Source: Candidatus Heimdallarchaeota archaeon
Lineage (GTDB): Archaea; Asgardarchaeota; Heimdallarchaeia; Heimdallarchaeales; Kariarchaeaceae
NCBI GenBank assembly: GCA_030149205.1
Contig: JASBSB010000001.1
Location: 750,001-782,000, forward strand
Direction: 5' to 3'
Length of the DNA stretch: 32,000 nt
Shown: positions 1 to 7,707 of the stretch, one piece after another
How positions within the stretch are numbered: the first letter of the stretch is position 1
Layout of the letters: each line of letters opens with the position of its first letter
The notes under the pieces: model-generated
Told to the model about the DNA's origin: nothing
What the model saw: only the letters and a program-made list of their open reading frames with translations
The model's database searches: none
Position numbers and translations under genes: made by a program

Positions 1-368
1 CAGGTCAAAAATTCGGGTTAATGGAGATAAATGTTTCTGTTCCATATCCTATTAAGACAATATTAATTTTATTTAAGGTCTAGGTGAGGGATATATTCTC
101 ATTTCCAAAAAAAAATTCACATATAACCTGAACTCAGAACAGCGGTAAAGAATGATTAATGACTGTTTACCCTAGTATCAAATATTTAAATGTGGTAGAC
201 TATGAATTCCTTTAAGTTAAGTGAAATTTAGTTCTATGGGAGTTATAAAGAAATCGAATCAGATTTTGCTGGTTTAATTTTGATACAGGGTACTAAATGT
301 TCATCAAATCTAACACCGAATTTGGGTGAAAAGCAATTGTATAAATTAAAGGGTGTATAGGTTAATTT

Positions 369-1538
369 ATGGCTTTGTCATTACAGGATCCAATAATTAT
401 TTACTCTATTATTTGGCTTGCTGTAACTGTGGTCTTCTATTTGCTCAAGTTTAAACCCTTTAGACTGAACTTTTACCCCTTTGGCTTTAACTTTAAGTAT
501 CTTAATGGTTCATATGACTGGATTGCAAATCTTTCCCCAAGGTTTTGGAGAGGCCTTAGTAGAAGAGTCCTCTTAATCATCCCAATAATTCAGCCAATAT
601 TCTATGTTGGTACAATTTTTGCCTTTGTGGGGTCTTCATTTAAAATTATCTATGCTAAGGAGCTGTTGCTACCGTTTGTTATAAATCTGACCTCTCCCTA
701 CCTCTTTCCTATACTATTTTTCACATTTCTCATTCATGAGGTATTCCATGGAATTGTGGCAAGAGCAGAGAAGGTTCCTGTAAACTCCACAGGAGTCCTG
801 TATATCCCATTTTTAGCAATTGCAGCTTATGTTCAGGTTGATTATGAATTTTTCGCCAAAAATAAACAGAATCACCTGTTGACACCTGAGACTTCTGTTA
901 CCAAGAATATGACACCAGTCCCACTGCTAAATTTTGGGGTTCCAGATCAGTATGAGGTATCAATCGCAGAGAACCTCATCCATCAGCCTCTAAGATACTT
1001 TGAGCTTGAGGGTTCACTTGACAGAATTTTCCAAAAGATCAATGTTGACAACTTGAACTTTATGAACATCCGATTTATTTTCTTAAATTCATTGAACATG
1101 ACAGATTCAAGTAATGGTTTATGGGACTTTTCATTGGGTGGAAGACGATTATTGGCTTATATTAAAGAAGGAATGGGAGCTGTGTTTCTTCAACAACAAG
1201 TGACACAACGGAATGTAAACATGTTCACAGGGTTAACAGAAGAAGAAAAAACCTCAATGGGTAGAATATTGGTGGCAGGATTTATTGGAAACCTACTCCT
1301 TGGTGTAATCTCATTTGCGGGTTGGTATCTCTCCGGATTTCATCAGTTCTGGTGGGATTTATTAACAGCTAATCTGGGTCTTTTTGTGTTGAATTTACTA
1401 CCACTTTATGTGACTGATGGTGCAAAGTTGGCAGTCCTGATTAAGGAGAGGATACAAAATCCTGTATTAGCATCACTCTACTATTTTGTGACGTATCCAC
1501 TTACAATTGTGGCAGTCTTCTTGACATTTACTGGGTAG
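369..1538 (+). CDS. Site-2 protease (M50 family) intramembrane zinc metalloprotease with a large internal insertion
   Basis: HExxH (IHEVFHG) after TM helices; C-terminal NLLPLYVTDG (NxxPxxxxDG) third-ligand motif; RILVAG segment; multiple TM segments. Confidence 0.88.
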   Translation: MALSLQDPIIIYSIIWLAVTVVFYLLKFKPFRLNFYPFGFNFKYLNGSYDWIANLSPRFWRGLSRRVLLIIPIIQPIFYVGTIFAFVGSSFKIIYAKELLLPFVINLTSPYLFPILFFTFLIHEVFHGIVARAEKVPVNSTGVLYIPFLAIAAYVQVDYEFFAKNKQNHLLTPETSVTKNMTPVPLLNFGVPDQYEVSIAENLIHQPLRYFELEGSLDRIFQKINVDNLNFMNIRFIFLNSLNMTDSSNGLWDFSLGGRRLLAYIKEGMGAVFLQQQVTQRNVNMFTGLTEEEKTSMGRILVAGFIGNLLLGVISFAGWYLSGFHQFWWDLLTANLGLFVLNLLPLYVTDGAKLAVLIKERIQNPVLASLYYFVTYPLTIVAVFLTFTG

Positions 1539-1700
1539 CTTGTAAGGTTGATAGTCTCATTCTATGGAAAATTATGTTTTGTTGGATATCATGTTACGTA
1601 GAACATTATAATAAAAACGAATGAACCGCTATATTCATAGTCCAAATCATTTATTCTGAAAATAACCTTCTAAATGATTTAATTTCTAGAGAAATTCAGC

Positions 1701-3068
1701 CTAAGCTTCTGTAAGTTGGAGGAACAGAACCTGAAAGATCTTGATGAGCTTTTCTATAGAGTCCAGTTCCACACTCTCATTAATGCCATGGTCATTTTTA
1801 CCTATTGGACCAAGCTCTACACCAGGGATACCTAACTCAGTAAAGAACCTGGTGTCGCTTGCACCACCTAACTTCTCCCCTACATCAAATATGTGAAAAT
1901 CTGACTTTTCAGACACATCCCTCAACAGTTTAGGTAGATAAGATTCTGGATCTACATTCACAGGGTCTATCCCTGAGAGGATCTCACCGGTTAATTCGAA
2001 TTCTTCTGAACTAAGGTGTTGTTCCAATGTCTTTCTGAGTATCTCATGTGAATCCTTGTCTTTTAACATAGCCCGAATGTCAAAGGTTACCTCGACAGTT
2101 TTTCCACCTGCTGAATAGTCAATTAGATTGGGGTTTACAGAAATTCCATATTTACTGGGGAGAACTGGCCAATCAAGTGAGCCAACAGATGCAAGCTTGG
2201 TCATCAGATGCGATAAGCTGGGTGAATATTCTTTCTCATCACCTGATTCACTGGGATCGATGTACCAAACTTTGACCTGCTGGGGAACAGAATTGTTTTT
2301 GATACTTGAAGATTCAACCTTAGAAATATGCTTATCCACACAGAATTTGGCAGCTGTAAACATAGCATGTGAATCTGCACCTAAAATGAAGGCTGAAGAA
2401 TGTAATGTTTGAGAGTCATCCCCCTGCTTTGAATAAAACACTATCTCCTTTTTCTCTCCCTTTATTTTGCCAGAGGTGTAACTGGTGCTGAATTTTAACC
2501 AGGTTGCTCCTCTTCGCCTTGTCACAATAATAGGGATCTTGCTTGGTTCAGCGTTAATCACAAAGTTTGGCATAAGGTTTTCCTCCTCCAAAGCATTGAT
2601 AATTACAGGCAATGACGCAGTTCCACCAACTTCTTCATCTCCACTGAGCGCGATGACCAGATTTCCCCTGTTTACTGCAAAGTGTTTGAAAGCCAGAAGA
2701 AAAGCAGCAACACCCCCCTTCATGTCACTTGCGCCTCTTCCAAACAACAGATTGTCCTTGACTTCCCCCTTAAATGGGTCAGATTTCCAAATTGTCTTTT
2801 CTCCCTCAGTTACTGGTACAACATCGATATGTCCCAGAAATAAAACAGTTGGACCAGGATTGGGGCCCCTCTCCACCAGTAAAACTGGATATATTTCATT
2901 TCCATTCAGTTGGGCGGATTTAAGGTTTAATATTTCCAACCCGAAATCTTGCGCTGTTGTCTTGATAAATTCTGAACAAGAAGGTGAGGGGTAAACATCT
3001 TGATCAGGATTAATAGTTGTATCAAAACTAATGAGTTTTTGGAGAAGATCTATAAGCTCTTGATTCAT
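1701..3068 (-). CDS. M20/M25/M40 family metallopeptidase/deacylase (ArgE/DapE-like)
   Basis: GHIDVVP, GRGASDMKGG, DEEVGG, NAEP and C-terminal H (NDHGINES) metal-binding motifs. Confidence 0.9.
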   Translation of the reverse strand: MNQELIDLLQKLISFDTTINPDQDVYPSPSCSEFIKTTAQDFGLEILNLKSAQLNGNEIYPVLLVERGPNPGPTVLFLGHIDVVPVTEGEKTIWKSDPFKGEVKDNLLFGRGASDMKGGVAAFLLAFKHFAVNRGNLVIALSGDEEVGGTASLPVIINALEEENLMPNFVINAEPSKIPIIVTRRRGATWLKFSTSYTSGKIKGEKKEIVFYSKQGDDSQTLHSSAFILGADSHAMFTAAKFCVDKHISKVESSSIKNNSVPQQVKVWYIDPSESGDEKEYSPSLSHLMTKLASVGSLDWPVLPSKYGISVNPNLIDYSAGGKTVEVTFDIRAMLKDKDSHEILRKTLEQHLSSEEFELTGEILSGIDPVNVDPESYLPKLLRDVSEKSDFHIFDVGEKLGGASDTRFFTELGIPGVELGPIGKNDHGINESVELDSIEKLIKIFQVLFLQLTEA

Positions 3069-3199
3069 TTTACCGGTCTTTTGAAAGGCATTATAAGTCC
3101 ATATCCCAATTGGTCTGGTAAATTGCTCAGAATAGACCGTATCTCCTTGGCAAAAGCGTGGTATCGCGGTATAAACAAATTTCCATGCAAGACTGTTTA

Positions 3200-3346
3200 T
3201 TACCTGTTATTACCAGCTTTGTTCTTCTCTAATGTGCCTCGAATTTCCTTGGTCTGCTCCTCTAGAACATGAAGTGCATCCTCCATCTTATGTCTAAGAG
3301 ATTCAAGGTCAGACATTACTTTTGATTGAACAGTATCATCCATCAT
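3200..3346 (-). CDS. Putative small coiled-coil protein (48 aa), not in the ORF track
   Basis: Hand translation MMDDTVQSKVMSDLESLRHKMEDALHVLEEQTKEIRGTLEKNKAGNNR followed by two stops; amphipathic heptad-like pattern; fills the gap upstream of the M20 gene on the same strand. Confidence 0.4.
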   Translation of the reverse strand: MMDDTVQSKVMSDLESLRHKMEDALHVLEEQTKEIRGTLEKNKAGNNR

Positions 3347-3455
3347 AATTATACATAGGTAACAACCTTAATGAAATTACAAGGAACAGACATGCCCACT
3401 ATTTCTTAAATTCGTCCCAATTAATAAATTAAGAATTAGAGATTCATCAAGGTTT

Positions 3456-4103
3456 ATGTATTTTAGGAGGGTGAAAACAGTGTTGAATTTTCGAAATAAA
3501 ATTTTATATCTTAAAGGGATGCTTTTTTCGACTGTGTATTTTGAAATAAGTGTTATTCTTGCAATGCTCCTTTACCCCAACTATAACCAGAATGACCAAT
3601 TTCTAAGTGCACTTGGAGTTGGATCAACTGCATTGTTATTCAACCCACCTGTCATCGTGATAGGATTGTTTACATGCATGATTTTCCTATTTATTGGTAG
3701 TTTTCTAAGAACTTTAACTTCAAGGGGTGATGAACCGGTTAGTAACTTAATTATCTACTCATTGCAAATTTTAGGGGTTATATTAGGAGCTTTACTTATA
3801 GGAGTCGGAGTGTTTGTTTCTGATAAGGCAACAGGAAAGATTCATAACACATTGGCAATAAGTTATTTTCTCCTCCTAATTCCTGTATTCTTTATTCTCT
3901 CCATCCCGCTGTACAAGAGCTCTAAAATATTATCTGGAACCGCATTATTAGTGGTAATATTAACAACAACTGGGCTGTTTCTTCCTGGAGTCAATCAACA
4001 CATCTTTCAAAAGTTGGTTGTACAGGTTGAGTTAATATTCTTCTTTTTGTTCACCCTGAAAATTATCCTAATGGAAAATTCAAAACCTGAAGGTGGAGAA
4101 TAA
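3456..4103 (+). CDS. DUF998-like multi-pass membrane protein (true start may be the downstream MLFSTV Met)
   Basis: About 6 TM helices; N-terminal YPNY...QFLSALG resembles the DUF998 PGY...ISxLG signature; His in IHNTLA. Confidence 0.6.
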   Translation: MYFRRVKTVLNFRNKILYLKGMLFSTVYFEISVILAMLLYPNYNQNDQFLSALGVGSTALLFNPPVIVIGLFTCMIFLFIGSFLRTLTSRGDEPVSNLIIYSLQILGVILGALLIGVGVFVSDKATGKIHNTLAISYFLLLIPVFFILSIPLYKSSKILSGTALLVVILTTTGLFLPGVNQHIFQKLVVQVELIFFFLFTLKIILMENSKPEGGE

Positions 4104-4193
4104 ATCTCCAATCTATATTATTTCCCTTTTTTATTTCCCTCTAGATTTTTAACTGGTTAAATTTAATTAGCCGATTTTTAACAAAATGGGACT

Positions 4194-5219
4194 TTATAAT
4201 TTACTTGCATTAGATGAGATGACGTTATTAAGAACGTTAATTCTCGATTTTATCATTTCATAAACTACCACAGTGATTGCTATTACAGGTCCCAGAATTA
4301 ATCCAGCCCATGTGAACAATCCAATGAATGATAAAACAAGAATTGTGAAGAGGTTAAGGTTTGAATATTGTTCCTTTCTGCTATACCTGAATACTGGAAT
4401 TGAAAAGATAAGGGGTAGACCTGCAAAGATCAAACTAATGATAATCTCAGGTGTCAGAGCCGAGAGCACTGCAGAGTAGGTCATCTGAAGCAAAAAGGAG
4501 AATGTGCTTCCAAAACCTAAAAGTGCTGCAACTCCCAACAGGCTATTTGTAAATTTCCTTCTAACTAATAATACTGAACCCAACAAGAGCATGATAAGAT
4601 AAGGCATCAACACGAAGAGGAGATTCTGCCCCTCCCAGATATATACCTGTATAACATTCACAGGAGTGAGAATCTGTTCAAGAACTGTGAAAGACTCTTT
4701 GTATCCAACAGCCAACCCATAGTTACCTGACAAACCATTTGAAACAACAGCCAAAAAATAGGTTCCAGGACGTAACCCAGAATTTTCATACTTTGCTCCT
4801 TGCTTGTAAACACTCGGACCAAATGCCTCATATGTGGCTTTGACCTCTTTGTTTACCGGGATCTGTTTTGCAAGCATGTTTGTAGGAATTTGTACATGGT
4901 CAATTACTGATTGACCAGAAATACCTGATCCTATGAGATAAAGAGACACATCGAATTTTGCTTGATCTTGACGTACAGGGAAGAACAGAGAGAAATAGAG
5001 CTTCTCGCCACTTTTGATGGGTATCTCAAAATATTGAGTTGTTATCCCTGCTGGCATGGTGTTATAGATAGCCCAGCTCTTAGTTGGATTTTCAATGCGA
5101 GTCGCATTTGTAATCTGGTTATTTCCTGAGGACTCAACTGGAACATGGGCATTTGACATTACAAAGCCCCCAACTGTAAATATCAACAGAACAGAGATGA
5201 AGAAAACGTTAAACTTCAT
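4194..5219 (-). CDS. Membrane protein with signal peptide, extracellular beta-sandwich domain and 4-5 C-terminal TM helices
   Basis: Hydrophobic N-terminus ending SNA-HVP; beta-rich soluble region (KSWAIY, GTYFLAV, GNYGLAVGY); hydrophobic C-terminal third. Confidence 0.7.
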   Translation of the reverse strand: MKFNVFFISVLLIFTVGGFVMSNAHVPVESSGNNQITNATRIENPTKSWAIYNTMPAGITTQYFEIPIKSGEKLYFSLFFPVRQDQAKFDVSLYLIGSGISGQSVIDHVQIPTNMLAKQIPVNKEVKATYEAFGPSVYKQGAKYENSGLRPGTYFLAVVSNGLSGNYGLAVGYKESFTVLEQILTPVNVIQVYIWEGQNLLFVLMPYLIMLLLGSVLLVRRKFTNSLLGVAALLGFGSTFSFLLQMTYSAVLSALTPEIIISLIFAGLPLIFSIPVFRYSRKEQYSNLNLFTILVLSFIGLFTWAGLILGPVIAITVVVYEMIKSRINVLNNVISSNASKL

Positions 5220-5440
5220 GAACTTATAATATATTTCATGATATTTAAGTTATTACTTCACATCAATTTATCTTGTTAAAGAATATTTTTCTCAAATTTT
5301 GAATTTAAGAGGATTAAGAAGAGCCAATAAATCTACAATTAATTTTATTGAAAAATGAAAGCAAAGAATATTCTATAATTTTATTTAATTGTTTGACTGA
5401 AATAGGGAAAATTTATTAACATTTAATTTATCATTGTTTT

Positions 5441-6676
5441 ATGGGTGGAGGTTCCCTTGTAGAATTTTTACAAATCAATAGTTTGAATCAAGGTTGGTCA
5501 TTTGTTGTAAAATTTCCTAATTTTCAAATTATCCTAGATTCAGGTTCAATTTGGTATAGAGGCAAACCATGCTCTGTTAATTGGAAACAAGAGCTAAGTG
5601 AGTTAGTAATTCCAACAGTAAACATGATATACCTCTCTCATGCACATTTCGATCACATAGGTTCTGTTCTCATGATCATTAAGCATGGTTTTCAAGGCAA
5701 AATAATAATGAATAAGTTAACTTATGACCTCATTTTGTTGAAGCAGATACATAACAAACTTATTGGATTTTCTTCCAAATTGTTTTCTCTTTTCTTAAGT
5801 CAAATACTTGTTTTGGATGAGTTTGAGGAATATCAGATTGACGAAAAACACGTGTTGAAACTGTTTCCAAATTTTCATACAACAGATTCTAACATCCTTG
5901 TAATTAAAAACATTAACACGAACAGAGGTTTTATTTTTACCTCTGATATAAGTGATGACACTGTTCCAATATTTAATTTTGTTAAAGACTATTTAGATGG
6001 TGAATCAAATATTTTACTAACCGATGGCGCATTGGTTTATTCTGAACATGAATCATTAAATTTTGATGATGAAAATATGAGGACAATTGTTTCACTGATC
6101 AATAGAATTTCGAATGAAACTGAACTTAAATTGGACATAAAAGTTAGTGCAAACGGATTGTTGGAATACTTGTTAAAAAAGCTTAACAGTACATTAAGTT
6201 GTAAGATCAATGTTCACCATTCATTCAGGAGATTTATCGAATGCTCATTTGGTTCTACAAATCCATTCGAAAATGTAACAATACAATATTTTAGAAAAAG
6301 AACTCCTCTTGATGGATCTTTAAATTCAGTTTCACTAATTAAGGATATTTCCAGTGATGTAAGTGAATATAAAGAGACCATTTTTATTGCGACTTCTTAT
6401 GGTGATAAGAAGAAAGGGGAAAACGTTACCCTCATAGATTCAGAGTCTGTTGAATTAACTTCCCTGCGACAAAAGATTATTTACTTACCATTTACTCGAC
6501 ATCTATCTCGCGACTCTTTAAAAGAAATTTTAAGTCTTGGATTTATTTCAGAATGCTATCTTTACACTAGTTCAACATTTCACAACATGGTTCAAGTTCA
6601 TAGAAGTTTGAATTCTTACAAAAATTTGCTGATTGAAAAAATGGAACAAGGGATAAATAAGGTGATTGTATTATGA
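5441..6676 (+). CDS. MBL-fold metallo-hydrolase, beta-CASP-type nuclease-like
   Basis: LDSG (motif 1), SHAHFDHIG (HxHxDH), FH (motif 3), FTSD (motif 4) and late FTRHLSRDSL resembling the beta-CASP/RMMBL SxHA motif. Confidence 0.8.
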   Translation: MGGGSLVEFLQINSLNQGWSFVVKFPNFQIILDSGSIWYRGKPCSVNWKQELSELVIPTVNMIYLSHAHFDHIGSVLMIIKHGFQGKIIMNKLTYDLILLKQIHNKLIGFSSKLFSLFLSQILVLDEFEEYQIDEKHVLKLFPNFHTTDSNILVIKNINTNRGFIFTSDISDDTVPIFNFVKDYLDGESNILLTDGALVYSEHESLNFDDENMRTIVSLINRISNETELKLDIKVSANGLLEYLLKKLNSTLSCKINVHHSFRRFIECSFGSTNPFENVTIQYFRKRTPLDGSLNSVSLIKDISSDVSEYKETIFIATSYGDKKKGENVTLIDSESVELTSLRQKIIYLPFTRHLSRDSLKEILSLGFISECYLYTSSTFHNMVQVHRSLNSYKNLLIEKMEQGINKVIVL

Positions 6677-7707
6677 TTAATGATTTAATGTCAACTCTCA
6701 GGCAAAACTTGCAAGAGAGCCATAAAAAATCTGAAAGTGATCAAGATTTGGTCTTAATTGCTAAGAGAATAATTGATTCCCCCGAATCTTACCCCCCGGA
6801 TTTAATTCCAGAGGTGGACGCTCACCGTTTATGGAGTGTGTTAAAATGGGGGAAACTTACGAAACCTAAATACAGGAATTTTTGGATTGTTCTTTCAACA
6901 GAGTTCGCACTGAACCTAAAGAAGGTGAGCTTAGAAATTCATGATCAAGAAGCAGTTTATTGGTTCAAAAAAACTAAGAGAAAGCTGTATACATTGGGAG
7001 GAAATGATTTGGCAGCCAAAATATTTTTGTTAGTGGTATTAGACAACCTGGTGGAAGAGATAGAAGATGTTACTTTCCAATCACTAAATTTACAGGTTGT
7101 TAATTTTGACAGAAGTCTATACAGAAGGTTTCTTTCGATGTTATACAGCCTTTTAAGAGGTTCGTCAATAGATTCGATCAAATCATTCAATAATTTTCAA
7201 GACAAATTAGATTTCCTCACAAATATGTTTTCACTGGAAGATTTCAATAAAATGGATGAGGAAGAAAGGATCAAACTATTAGAACTTGTTGAATCTGAGC
7301 TAAATGGGTTAAACGATGATTATGAAAAGTTTATAATACAGCTCCGAAAAGAAACTATAATTGACTTACTGAGGAAATTGAATTCAAATGAACAGGGAAA
7401 ACTCCTTGATCATTTTTTTGACATTTTTAAAGTTTATTGGGAGAGGAGTGAAATCGGGGTAGAAGAAATCCAGGATTTTAAAACATTTATACAGAACTTT
7501 CAGGGATTTTTACAACAACAAAATATTTCTCCAGTGTTTTCAACACCCTTACACAAACTATTAAAAGAAGAATTAAGTTTTACAGAATATTTTGGGTCAG
7601 AAATAGAAACTGAAAAAATGGTAAAAGTAAGGAGCCCTGGTTGGAAATTTCAAGGGGAAATTTTCTCTAAACCAAAAGTGGTGGAGGCAGATGAAAATGA
7701 AAAGTAA
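6673..7707 (+). CDS. GrpE-like nucleotide exchange factor with extended N-terminal helical domain
   Basis: C-terminal TPLH...VKVRSPGWKFQGEIFSKPKV matches the GrpE beta-domain pattern (H...VxxVxxxGYxxxxxxlrpAxV), preceded by a long helical region; ATGA overlap with upstream gene; directly upstream of an Hsp70. Confidence 0.6.
   Translation: MINDLMSTLRQNLQESHKKSESDQDLVLIAKRIIDSPESYPPDLIPEVDAHRLWSVLKWGKLTKPKYRNFWIVLSTEFALNLKKVSLEIHDQEAVYWFKKTKRKLYTLGGNDLAAKIFLLVVLDNLVEEIEDVTFQSLNLQVVNFDRSLYRRFLSMLYSLLRGSSIDSIKSFNNFQDKLDFLTNMFSLEDFNKMDEEERIKLLELVESELNGLNDDYEKFIIQLRKETIIDLLRKLNSNEQGKLLDHFFDIFKVYWERSEIGVEEIQDFKTFIQNFQGFLQQQNISPVFSTPLHKLLKEELSFTEYFGSEIETEKMVKVRSPGWKFQGEIFSKPKVVEADENEK

Noticed and set aside
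7..20. aaaattcgggtta identical to the left part of the feo operator
   Set aside because: Only a half-site, with no right arm and no context at the window edge; may be chance
1..45. Possible start of a minus-strand gene (MEQKHLSPLTRIFDL...) running off the left edge
   Set aside because: Only 15 codons visible; cannot be supported
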